DNA of 64,000 nucleotides, taken from the NCBI GenBank assembly GCA_012295275.1, contig CM022673.1, forward strand, positions 7,936,001-8,000,000, read 5' to 3'. The notes under the pieces are model-generated. The model saw only the letters and a program-made list of their open reading frames with translations, made no database searches and had not been told where the DNA came from. Position numbers and translations under genes: made by a program. This document shows positions 27,693 through 41,400 of this stretch, piece after piece (position 1 is the stretch's first letter; the number at the start of each line of letters is the position of its first letter). This stretch comes from Chrysomallon squamiferum (taxonomy: Eukaryota; Animalia; Mollusca).

Positions 27693-30600
27693 ATGGAAGA
27701 AACTTTTGTGTACGTGCTGTCATGGCTTTGCCTTCTGACCTCCATAGCCTGTCAGCTGGTTGGCATGTAAGTATATCATTTTTGTGCGAGCCTGCCTGAA
27801 TTAAGGGAAGCTACCAATGAAGTGATAAACCTTGCTGTGAAGATGAGCTTTAAGGCAAGCACTGTAGCGGGTGACTGAATTGTTTTATGATTTATGATTT
27901 GAATGCAGGGAGGCTTAATAACATTGACATTTATAACAGTTATTTATTTGTTACTGTTATTCATTTATTATAATTTTGTTTTGTTAAGTCTAACTGTTTT
28001 TTTTTTTTTTTTGTTAAGCCTAATATTTAAAAAATATCAGAAGATAATTAAAACTAAGTATTTTTGCAGTGGCAAAATTATTGTTATAATTTAAAAGATT
28101 TGCAAAAATTAATAAGAAAAAATGAAATTACTGTAATGTTATATATTTTTGGTCTGACTCTGAGAAACCCACTTTGATAACTAACTGTTACTAAGTTTTT
28201 AAAAAATATTATTTGGATTAATAAATTGCAAAAGTGTTTCACCCAATGAAAATAAAAAAGAAACAAAACAATCACAGCTGATAATTCAATATCTGTTTTT
28301 CTTAATATTTACATGCCTGATGTACAAGTGACAATTTTCAACCATTACATTATGCAGAAATATTTAGTACTTGGTGGAAATGTAAGTCTATAGCAAAATC
28401 AGATAACATATATAAATTAATTTTTATTTGCTTTTTTTTTTTTTTTGTCTATAAAAATAAACCTGTTATATTGCTTTTATTATTACTTCTTTTGTAATAT
28501 GTATTTCTGGATATAAAAATTATTATTTGATGATCACATTTATATATAAATACATTTATTGAAATGTAGTCCTTGTCACTATCATTTATCGTTACGTTCA
28601 CACTTTTCTAGATTTTAATAAACTTCAATTAAAATAGCATATCAGTGTGTATTTATATATCTGTTTCAAACTACTTAATGTTCTCCACCCAAATCACAGG
28701 CAGGTTAAACCATATTAGAATATTGCCCATAATACTGGGTACACCTTTTGGTTTTATAATAGCAAGATACTTTAATTTATAATATTTTAAAAATAATTCA
28801 ATTCCTAAGATGATATAAAAGATATTTCCACTGTTTCTGTGTTGTGCAAAAGTAGAATATTTTCATACTTTTTAATGGTTTAATATTATTTCAAAGAACA
28901 TCAATAAATATGGTTTAAATCTATAATATTTAATGCACTGTTGAGATATAATAAATATAAAAAGAAGTAATGTTGCTTTATTGTTCTTTCAGTGAAATAT
29001 GTTCCAGAATAATAAAAAAGGGTGCGGCTGATGTTTCTCCTGTTCCATTTTTTGCCTTCTTTGTTAGGTAAATTTAATTACTTTTAATTCAATAATTTTC
29101 AGCATGTAATCATGTTTTATCTTATAGTTACAGTGATGATAAAACACAAATTTTTATTTCTATGGTATATTGTCAAAAATCTTAAATTTGACACTTTATC
29201 AGTCTTTTTTTTTTCCTTTATATTATTATTATTTTTTTTTTTATTAAATATAAAACAAATTAATTTATTAAAATTCTCATAAAAGTTTTGTTTTATAACT
29301 TTTTTTACATATTTTGTTCTAGTTCCTGTTGGTGGCTGCGTTATGGAATTATGCAGAAAATATCCACAGTTGTTATGACAAATGTTTTTGGAGCTGTACT
29401 GCAGTTCATTTATTTGTGTATATATTATATTTATTCATTAAGAAAGGTATGTTGCTGCTAAATATATTTTAGAAAAATTTCATTCTTTATTCAAAATTTT
29501 AAAGTTATTTTACCATAAAAACATATGTTAGGAATTATTATTACTAATCTTTTGAAATTTTAAGACCATCATAAATGTGTAATAATGTGGCTTATTAATT
29601 ATTTTTTTTTTTTAAATGTGACATTCAGTTTATTTTTCACAGAAAAAGACCATAAACTGTTTAAATTAAAATTAATTGCAAATGGGGATTGATTTAAGCT
29701 GTCATAATCCTAGTTAAGTAATATGTTGGTTGTTGCGAGGTAATTCACCAGCTGTTGTCTATCTAAAATAATTCCATAATAAAACTGCAACAGCTGATGA
29801 CAGTAAAATTAAACAATATTCATGGTTTGTGAGTGGTATGGTGAGTGGGCTGACATTAGGCAGCTTAGCTTGTGTTGAAAGTCACATCATGAGCTCTCCT
29901 TACTTAACCATTTCCCATTCAAACTGCTTCAAATTCTTTCCTCTCTGTGACAAGGTGTAGGTAAAAGAACCTTTGTACCAAATAGATGAGTAGTCCATTT
30001 GATTATTTAACTACAAAACCCTTCAGAATCATTTCCTACAAAATCATTGCAATTGATACACAATCACTCACAACAATTACAATTGTTACACAAGTGAAAT
30101 TTACAAATATATTTTGCAATGCTAATTTTATTAAAATGCGTTGACTTCAATAAATATTTTGTTTTATTTTTCAGTCTCATGTACATCGGTTGGTCACGTT
30201 GACTCTTGTTCTGTTGTTCTCTCCATTAATCTACATCCGGTACTATCAGCTAGATCCGAAAATAGCATCAGAGCAGTTTGGAACATTATGTTCTTTTGCC
30301 ACAGTGACGTGTTATGCATCGCCATTAGCAACGCTGGTAAAAAGTAGTATTTAAATAAATTTACAATTTTATTTATAGTGTTAAAGATTTTAAGAAAAAA
30401 TAATCTCTCTAAGTGAAAATATTAAAAAATTATAGTTTTTATTTTATTTTTTTTATTATTATTTTCCACTGTAAGCAGTAAAAAGAAATTAAAATCCCAT
30501 TTTGTTGTTTGTAATGATTCTGAATAAATGGATACTTATAAATATTTTGAAGTTAATTCTGTAATTGCATTTTTAAATTTATTTTTTTAAAAAAGCAAAT

Positions 30601-31354
30601 TTTGTTTCTTTTACAGGCTACAGTATTGAGAACAAAAAGCTGTGATTCAATGTCATTTTCATTGTGTTTGATGAACTTTTTAAGTGCAATTTGCTGGGTC
30701 ATTTATGGTTCAATAATAGACAATGCATATGTTGCTGTAAGTATTTTTTGGTTCTTGTAAAATTTTATTGGGCATGTTATTACTGTAAACAGTTACAAAA
30801 CGAATGATAAAGACCTATTAATTAATAAGTTGCATTCATTCTATCTAATACTCTATATGTAGTGAATCTAACAGAGAATATTCAACTATTTATTTTTACA
30901 TGCAGGTCATCTGTAAAGTTATCTATTATTAAATTTAAATTGTTGCAGATAGTTTTTAATACATTTCTGTTCTGTTAAATTCACTTTTTCTGTTATGTTT
31001 TCACATACTGAATTTCTCCCATTTTTTATTATCATTGTTTTTGAATTTAATTTTATTATCATCATAGTTATTGTTATTACTGAATTGTTTTTTAAATAAT
31101 GGTAAATATATATTTTATTTATTTAAATTAATAAACATCTTTCTTTCTGAAATAACTGACTGTTATTCTAGGTTTGGTTTTTATGTTTCACATTGTTTTT
31201 ATTAACTATTTATTTAATCTTATGTTTTGGTATGGGCATTGTTTTTCAGCTTCCAAATTGCACAGGTATAATTCTGGGTGTGCTGCAGTTTGGTCTGTTT
31301 TGTGTTTATCCATCAGGGTCTTCAAAAACTTTGTCAGGAACAAGCCACGTTTAA
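27693..31354 (+). CDS. SLC50A1: sugar transporter SWEET1 (MtN3/saliva family), 219 aa, 6 coding exons
   Basis: Exons 27693-27766, 28993-29067, 29323-29446, 30175-30336, 30617-30736, 31250-31354 are phase-consistent. Two MtN3 repeats: DVSPVPF, WWLRYG, TNVFGAVLQ, YASPLATLATVLRTKSCDSMSF, WVIYG, PNCTG. Confidence 0.93.
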
Positions 31355-31729
31355 AAAGCGCTGTGATTTTAATTGATTTATCTAAATTCTCAAAACATCA
31401 GCATTACCACTGCATTTAAAAAAAACACAAAAAAAGAGTATTTAGTGTAGTGCTGTTTGTACCTGGATGTACAGATGCACGGCACATCACATGATGACAG
31501 GAATGAATGGATGTTGTAGTGTCAGCTGGCAGAACACTGTTGTTACATATATAATTTATAATTGAAGAGTTTATTTCATACAAAGGTGGATGTAAGCAGG
31601 ACTTTTTTTTTTTATGTTTAAGCAGGGCTTTTGTCATGAATATGTCTCATAACAAACACTATTAACGTTGAATGTTTGTGGTGTGAATGTCTGAAACATG
31701 AATGGTTATTTCACGAAATTATGTTATTT

Positions 31730-32510
31730 CAGCTGTTCTAAAATACTTTCTGTAATGTTAAAAGAGTGTTATACAAAGATGATAATAACTTGTTGCATGA
31801 AAATTAATGCTAATAGAGAATTTGTCATCGATAAATGTAGTCTACAGAGAAATGGTTATTTTCTAAAATTCTGTAGATGAATAATGCTAAAAGAGTCTTT
31901 CAAAACAGATATTAACGGTAATTGTTGCCTGCATGTGAATGCTAATAGAGAATTTGTCATACATAAATGAAGGCTATATAGTAATGATTATTTTGAGAGA
32001 TTACATTATTTTAATGCTTCTAAAATTCTGTAAATGAATCATGTTAAAAATGTACAAAAAGGATATTAACAGTACTTATTTTTTAATCATTTTAAAATTC
32101 TATAACTGAATCATGTTAAAAATGTTATATAAAAAGGATATTAACAGTACTTGTATTTTAATCATTTTAAAATTCTATAACTGAATCATGTTAAAAATGT
32201 TATATTAAAAGGATATTAACAGTACTTGTATTTTAATCATTTTAAAATTCTATAACTGAATCATGTTAAAAATGTTATATTAAAAGGATATTAATAGTAC
32301 TTGTATTTTAATCATTTTAAAATTCTTTAACTGAATCATGTTAAAAATATACAAAAAGGATATTAACAGTACTTGTATTTTCATCATTCTAAAATTTTGT
32401 AAGTGTATCATGTTAATAATGTTATATAAAAAGAATATTAATAGTACTCATTGTATGCAAGTGAATGCTGAGAATTCGTCTTAAATAAACAGAGGCTAAC
32501 AATGCAATGG
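31730..32510. repeat. 75-bp minisatellite (~6 copies, 32020-32450) nested in older ~130-bp degenerate repeats
   Basis: TATAACTGAATCATGTTAAAAAT recurs at 32101, 32176 and 32251, with a variant at 32326 (period 75). Flanking units share AATGCTAATAGAGAATTTGTCAT near 31806 and 31938, with a variant near 32464. Confidence 0.85.
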
Positions 32511-34364
32511 TATACCTCACAAATGACAAAGGAGTTCATAGTGAAATGTTTTTTGTTACGAATTGTATTATTTACTGTATAACAGACCAATAATTCTTTT
32601 TTCTTTTTTAAAAAGTATTTACTGTATGACGAATAATTCTTTTATTTTTCTATTTTAAATATTTTCTTGAAAATCTTTTTTTTTTTTTTTTTTTTTTAAT
32701 GTTATTAGACCATTGGGTGAATGTATTGTTCAAAAGGAAAATGAATTGAGAGAAATTGTGTAAATTTTTGGTTTGTTTTAATTTTACACAGGCCTGCCCT
32801 CCACAAAGTTGTAACAGTGTGCCTACATCTGATGTGCCTCTGTGTTTTATATTTTGTTCTGTGGAATATTTAATTTTCAGCATTGAAAATTTTAATTCGA
32901 TGGTTTTACATGTAAATAATTAGTATAGATGAGGAGGAAGCTGTGTTTTATGTGTTTTTTTAATAATCAGGTGTTAAAAAGAAGGGCAAACAAAGACAAA
33001 GTATCATACTCAAACAAATTAGAAATCAGGATGACTATTAAACAGTTTGATAAATTATTTTATTATTTGTTCAGAATTTTAAGGTTTTATTATTATTTTT
33101 TTTTTTTTGTTGTTATTTATATATTGTTGATAATTACCAAAATAACTTTATACCATTTAAATCAGTTATTGTAACTGTTTCGGTCTGTTTTTTTAATTAT
33201 TATTTTTTAAATATTATAATTTTGAACATCTATTTGTGAAAATAATTAAAAAAAATTTTATTTTATTTTATTTTGATTTTTTATTTCTTTACAAATTTTA
33301 TGAATGGTTTTTGATTTTTTTTTTTTTGGTGGGGGGAGATGTTTAATAAAACATTAATTCAGTATGTTAACTTGAATGTTATCAAAAATAATCATGATGT
33401 AGGTCAAGCAAATGAATTTCATAATCAGTATATAGCTGGTACTAAAACGAAAGAAAAAAAACAACAAATGTTTTTTAATTAAGACAGGTTAAATTTCAAA
33501 TTTTTATAAAAATACATATTTTGGAATTGACAACATGTTTAATAAAATCAAAAACAAAAAATCATCCTTAAATTAATGATTTAAATATTTCAAGATGACA
33601 TCATTTGTGTGTGAGGGTGTGCATGTAAATTTCTAGAAAATATACACGATAATTACCTTTTATATTTAATAACATGTACCAGCAATTAACACTGCATACT
33701 TCCAGTGAATTATAGGTATATTAATTCATTTATATAATGTCTTTGATCTTATCTCTTAAGTTAATACATCATGCATTGAATCACATTGATTTTAAGTTTG
33801 AATCTGATTATGATACATGGTCTTGTGCATGCATATGTTCATTTGTACTTGTGTTTGTGTGTATATTATAGGAAAGTTCTTGTTCATGAATATCTCAACT
33901 TCACTTATAAAAGATGTAGAACATGTAATGCATTGTGAAACTAAATAATAATTATGTCAAAGTTTACAACCAAAATTCTACACCATAAATCTGAGAGATG
34001 TAAATATTTCTTTAAGAATTTCTGTTCAGAATGAAATATACATGTGTATGTGAAAGAATTCTGAGTTCTGTTTGTAATGGTTTTGCGAAGTATAGCATGT
34101 AGCACTGTCAGTTAAAATGGTTTATCTCATATTAAATGTTCTCTAGTCATTTATTTTTTTCAATTCTGTTAAGTGCAATATCGCAAATATGGTACAGAAT
34201 GTCATTGTTATTTTTTAAAGTTCTGCAGATAATGATTGGTTGTGTTAAGTTTTCACCTTGTAGCTTGTCCTGAGGAAAGAATTGTCTTTTGTTGTTTTTT
34301 ATTTTTCTTATTTTTGTACCAGCCCATAATAACTGATTTCATCCTGTTCTGTCAGATTATCTCA

Positions 34365-34432
<68 letters not shown>

Positions 34433-34457
34433 CATTATTATTATTATTATTATTATT
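34365..34457. repeat. (ATT)n microsatellite
   Basis: About 30 near-perfect ATT units. Similar tracts occur near 8810, 13895, 16140, 35910 and 57570. Confidence 0.9.
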
Positions 34458-35904
34458 GTTTGTACATTAATGAATGGTAATAATGAATTTAGAGTTTTGA
34501 TAAATGTTACTTCATAATACAAGAAAGCGTGTTTTATTTGTCTGAATTCAGAATATATTAATAATCTGTCACAGCCATAAACTAATAATATAACGAAATA
34601 ACCTGAATAAATGATATACATTTCATGTACATGAGCCCTTCGTAATAATCAGATTTGACATCAAAAAGGCCAGAGCACATACTTCACATAATCGTGTTTC
34701 CTTTTTTTATTACACAATTTTTGTGTACTAACCCTTAGTGTCAAGAGAAAATTTCAACTTTCAAGCATCCTAACAAACTGTTATATTTTACTATCATCAA
34801 ACATTAGTGTCTATAAAAATAAGGCCGTTTTGTTTTACAATGAAACTATTACAACTATAGTCCTTCCTGACTGTCATTATTTAGTGGGTGTATCATTTAT
34901 ATGTTCAGATCTGATAAAATATTGATAATAATTTTGGATTCAGGAAAAAAACTTTTACTTATTTACGGATTGAAGGAATATAACATAAGTTATTTTATCT
35001 AGAGGAATACTATTAACATTAGTTAGTATACATATGTCATATAAACCCTTGCGCAGCGGAATAACTTTAATAATACTTATACAAGGGTAAACATTTTTAT
35101 AATCTTAATATGCTTCTATTAATAAGATGAATAATATTTTTGTTTCAGAGGTTTGCGATTGTATTTCCATATACTTGTGTGCATGAATAACATTTTCTAA
35201 AACTTTTATAAAGGAAATATTTTCATTTGCTTAATTGTGGTAGGAATAATCTACTGAAATGGAAAATAATATTTTTATATATCCTTGTATAAGAAAGTCA
35301 GGATAGACTGGGGTTTTTTAAGACTGATTCAGTTACACTGTACTCGTAAGACTAAAGATGGCAGGTTTAAAATGTTCTAATTAAAAAATTGTGGCTTATT
35401 TCTCAAAAGTAAAAAACAATTTTTAAGTGGCAGCTATGATTGTAATATTTTTAAATACATCTTCTCTTCTGTGTATTAATTATAGTTCTAATTTTTTGTT
35501 CTTTTTCTAGAATTTTGTTATAAGTGAATAAATGTTAGCACCATATTTTTATATTAATTTTTTTTTTTATCAATGCTGATTTTTCTTCTATTATTTTTTA
35601 AGATTTAATTATAATTTTTTAATATATATTAATAATGATTAAGTGAAAAATAAAATGTACTGCTGTTACCATAAAATGTTAATTATCTAGGTTTATTTAT
35701 TTTGTTTTTGATTTTTGTATTCAGAAACACAAACAATCAATAAACAAGTAATTTATTTCTTTAACACAGGAAATTATTTAGCATAATTATATGTTAAACT
35801 AATATACAGTTCTGCTTAAAAAAAAGTATGGATTTAATTCTAAAGAAATTTTGGGAGAAACAGTTTGAATGTAATAATGTACTGAATTTATTTTGTTTTG
35901 TTGG

Positions 35905-35964
<60 letters not shown>

Positions 35965-36351
35965 CATCATTTTTATCATTTTTTAAATTTGATATGGATA
36001 TATTTAGAGACATATGTTTGATGATGTAAAATAAAACTATAATATGGTATACATATATTTTGTTAAGTGTTTTTGATGCATTGTTTTTCTTACACATTTT
36101 ACCATTTTAAAAATGTTCCCTCATGACTTATACATTGTTACTATGTCATATTATGATTTTGTAAAATTTCTTATTTTTCACCGTTTTAAAAGACAACCTG
36201 TGAATTATTACTGGATGTAAATGTACATTATCTTATTGAAAATATTTTTTGTGAATAAATTATTTATTTACTTAGAAGAGTTTGTTCTTTTAATAGAAAT
36301 TGTAGTAAGGTCAAATAATGTATTATAAATAAAACAAATAAAAAAACCATG

Positions 36352-36395
<44 letters not shown>

Positions 36396-38497
36396 TATTA
36401 TCTAATGATAAATATTGGATCTTGTTGTCCAAAAGATAAAAAATAATAATAATGAAAAAATGATGATAAAAAAAAAAAAACAAACAAAATGTATCTGAAA
36501 CCAAATATTTATTACTGTAAATAAAGTGACATGTAGGTGAGCTCTAAAAATGTTAGTATACAGGTATAAAGAACAACAAATATACAAAAGCTTGTTCCCA
36601 TTCCCTTAATAATACATCTTGCACCTTTATTTTAATACCTGCTGTAACAATTCTTTAACATTTATCAAAATACATTATGTTTATAGATAAAGAATATCTG
36701 ATTATATATAATTTTATTAACTATTGTTTTACAATATTTACATACATGTAGGCCTCAGAAAAGGTTCTAAAACTTTTGATGCTGTCAGCTGAAGTCAGTA
36801 ATAAAAAAATGTTTTCTCAAAATATTTTATCAGCACCTTGCTTTATGGCAAATTATCACAAGCATATTTGAATTCAGGTTAATATTAAAATCAAAACTGA
36901 AAACACTGAAAGATCACCTAAACAATTAGATTTGATTAAAAAAATGTTAAGAAGGAAAATAAAAATGTTTTTGGGCTCTGTGTAAATTTATTACAAGGCT
37001 ATAAAAATAAACCATCAGACATTTTCAGAGATACATTTTGGTGCTATTAAAGGTATTGGGCACATCACAGATCTTTTAAAAAAACAAAACAATTTGTATA
37101 TGTTTGATTATACAATGACTTTTTATTCAGCAGATATTTTATTATTTTGTATTTCACCCAAGGATCACATCATGCAGCTCAAATGTCTATGTTAATTTGG
37201 TTAAATCAGTGAAGCAATGTTAAAACAGCAGGTTAAAGCAATTTCTTATCTAAATATTAAAATGGTACAAAATAACAGTAAAACAAAACTGGCAGTAAAA
37301 GAATCCAGAATAATGGTATAAAAGATAATCTAAAAAAAAAAAAATTCTGGATCTGATAAAATGCAGCATGGTTTTAAAGACTAATTTTGTATTATATATT
37401 CTAAGAAAGTCTCTGATAAAAAAAAAAATACAAAGACAATAAATTACTTTAAAAAATATAATGTGAAAATTACATAATGTCAAAAAGGCTAAAAACATTA
37501 ATAATGAATTACTATTAACATTTATATATTTTAGAGCAGTAAGTTTATATTATACTATATTTGAATGCTTTTATCTCTGCAAGGAAATAACATATGCTCA
37601 ATTGTTTAATATAATTATTTCTTTATGTTACTATATCATTTACTACTTCTTAATGCACACATTTTTATATCTCTTAATGTTACTAACCAGCCTGACATAA
37701 CAGTTCTGAACTCTATTTTTCTATCATATATTTAAATTTTTTAGGTACAAACCAGTAAATGGAGAGAAATCTGGTTCTGGAACTATTGCAGTTTGTTGCT
37801 AATAAACAATATTATATACTGGTGTGTTTGTGTGAGTGTGTAAAAGAGATCTTCCTAGTGAAATGTCTGTCAAAAGTCATTAATAAATTTCATTTTCTGT
37901 AATCTGTATTTCTCAACACATCACTAGCGGTATTATTTTTATGTTCAGAATTAACTGCTATGCAGAAAAACACATAAAGATTAATATGTACACAGCATTT
38001 CATTTAAATTTCATTCTCCAGGTGAGTATGTGCATCTCACTGATATGCTTACAGTATGACTAGTTCTATCTTGTGCTAAAACTAATTTTAAAGCAACAAA
38101 TATTTAAGAAAAGAAAAAAGAAATTCAATTAATAATTTACTAAACAATCATAATACTTAAATCCATTATTTTGCTGTTTCATTTCATCGCTCATCTTGTA
38201 AAATTTAACGGTTTTCATTTTAATAAATTAAAATCTTATTTTCATTCCAGATAGTATTAAGTGAATTCAGTTTACTTGAAAAATATCACAGTATATTGGA
38301 TCAGAAATTTAATAATATAAAAGTAACATTTCAAAATGGATCTCAGATCATAATAAATAACATCCTAAGTTTGTAATATTTAGATTATAAAACTCTACTA
38401 CATGATAAATAAAATATCAGGGATTTTTTATAGGCAGGTTTTCTCTTCATCTTTCTCATTAAGGGAGTCACTGGATTTCCATCTTGCTTGGGCCTGA

Positions 38498-41400
38498 CTA
38501 GAGAATTGGTTCATATCCATTCCAGTCTATTTCTGCATCTTTCCATCTGCAAAAATAACAAATGTTAATTAAAATTAGTTCTGATAAAACAATATATGCT
38601 AACTGAAAACAATTCATTGACAAATAATGTGTTACAGTATGAACAAACAACGATATTAGGATCCACATGTCTAAACACACTCATCATTATTATTATGTAA
38701 GCCCTATTTTTCAAATGTATTTTGAGACAATGATGTACATTTTTGATAAAAACCATCTCCTTTCAGTTTTCTGTAAAACTAAAATAAACTGAAAGTAAAG
38801 GTATGGTGTATGTGTGTGTTATAAATTTATTATTTACCACTGTAAGAGAATGTTTAATGCTGTACACTTACTTTGTTCTGATACAGTGTTCTAACGGAGG
38901 GATAAGTTCACCATCAGGTGAGACGAAGGACCGGTTTGTTGTAGCTGAGAAATTAGAAAATAACAAAAAATATTTTACTCACTGGCAACTGAATCTCAGC
39001 ACTGCAAACTTAATATAACGTTTTGGAGAATTTCAACAGATTACACACACATTGAAAAGTTAAAATATACATGCTGATAACAAACGGATTACACATTAAA
39101 ATTATTTCAAAATATACAAAACACATTTTTACCTTGATTTAAGGTTGGCTCTTTATGCTAAGAAACTGAATCACTTTAACTGGTATCATGCAATAACAAA
39201 TGCTCAGCAACTAAAATTAAAATCACATCTAACAGTAACACAAGGTTCGTCACACCACATGCTAACATGAACTTACATATTGACAGTTTGATGGGTTCCT
39301 GCTGTCTGGCCAGACCATCATAGTAATGAAGATCAAATCTGCGCTCTGCCTTCCAGTCACTGGTCAGAGCTGCAGTCGTGGAGAACAGAACACTGAAGTG
39401 ACTTTCACTACACACCACCCAGATCGGATACTTGGGAGTTTTGTAGTACGTTCCAACCTTCACAACATAAATACAAAACTTATGGGTGTTAAATTTATGG
39501 AAAAATAATATTCATAAAAATAAAAGAGACCATGTAGAATTATTTTTTATTCAGTAAAGATCGTGCATTATTCTTTTTATGGTACACAGTGAAGTTTTAC
39601 TAATGAAAGAAAGAAAGTATATTTGTGTAGATAACCGTTTTTTGGAGAGGGATTTATTCAGAGATTGTCTGTTTTCTTCACTAAGTGAAAGACTAACAAG
39701 ATATTACTTCTGATGAATTTCTATAAAAAATTTTTTTTTTAATTTCACCCAATGTTAATAAAATGACGATTAAATACATTAGCTTTATGTATAAAATTTA
39801 CTGTCTTTATTTGATTAAGAATACAACAAAACAATGAAATGCTGATAAACAAATACAAAAATACCTGACAAGACTTGTAATGTTCAAACAGTGAAAGAAA
39901 ACCAATGTTTGATCGCTGGTGGATTCCTTTGAGAATTGTGATGGGGCCCCCGCCCGAGTCCAGCTCCATCACATCATTGAAAACATTCGAAACAGCTCGG
40001 CCAGTTAGAAACAAGTTCACTATTTCCTGCATTAAACATATATTTATCAATATAAATTTTTTATTTTTTTAAATATAACAATAAAAAGGTATCAAATAAT
40101 ACTAATCAAACTGTATGTATGTATGTATGTGTGGGAATGTGAATGTGTGTATTTTTTTTTTTATTAAAACATTTAAATAAAACTTAAGACAAAATATATG
40201 TTTGCCTATTTATGTTGAAGACACTAGGTAAAAAATATGTGTACCTGAGTGCAGTAGAAATGAACTGCCATCAACTTTCCTTCTGGTTCATCGAAATCTG
40301 ATTTAACACTGAGAAAAAACAACAAAAATATAAATAATACAGACATACACACACAGAGAGTGAAATGTTGTCAAGGTCATTTGAAAATAATAAAAATTTT
40401 AACTAGATCATTATACCAAGATTCAGAGATCACAGCAATATTAATAAGACAAAAGTGAGACTTACTTCTGAATACCTCTTGACAACACGGCTGAATACAA
40501 AGCCAGAATAATTCCTCCATTGCCATCTAGCTCAAACTAAAACATAATACATAATATTTTGATAATTTTATTTATATAACTATTTTTAAATGACATATAC
40601 ACACCCTCATATACATTCTCATATGCCAACTAAACTACATGAAACAAATTCTTGTACAAAGAAATTTAAAAAAATAAAACTTAACAGCACAAACTATAAT
40701 TTAGATCAGAAATATAGTTAAAATGATTAATCTAGGTGCCAAAGATGTTGTTATTTTGTCATAAAATGAAGATAAAACATGGAAACCATCAAATGTCATT
40801 GTTTACTATAAAATGATTGAAAAATTGTTCAGAAAATTAAAACAGAAACCTGCTGAACAGTTTGTCTCATGAAAGACTGAAGTTCTTCATAATTGGTGAA
40901 TGTGTAGAGCATCAGCTGAAACAATAGAAACAGAAAACTTCTATTATATTATAATATATTACATATTAAAACATATAAAACATATTGTTTATTTCTCTTT
41001 CTCATGAAAAACTGTTGAAATTTGTTGTTTTTTTTAAATTTGGAAATCTGCATTGTAACTCCTCATTCGTACACTTAGTATATTTTGGAAACAATAATTA
41101 TAAATATTTATCCTTACACACTCAAAAGAATTCAGACTTACTGTTTCCGTCAGGTTATCTGACCTAAACCTAGAACTGCCAATAATGTGAGATCTTCCTG
41201 AGGGTCTGAAATATATGGCAAAAAAAAAAAAAAAAAAAAAAACCAGTGCAATAAGAATTTTTTGAAAATAAAACATACAAAATTTTAAAAGAAGAATAAT
41301 TAAAATTTATGCAATTAATACATTCTAATACTAAAAAAATTATCTTTATTTTAAACAGTCACTGAAATATATTATTAATGCTCCTGTTTTGAGAAGTCAG

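Noticed and set aside
32020-32450. Regular repeat array as CRISPR
   Set aside because: Contiguous tandem units without unique spacers, eukaryotic context and no cas genes.
34728-34740. CTAACCCT (and CCCTAACTCTAA near 62345) as a telomerase RNA template or interstitial telomere
   Set aside because: Too short or mismatched, no pseudoknot or H/ACA context seen, and expected by chance.
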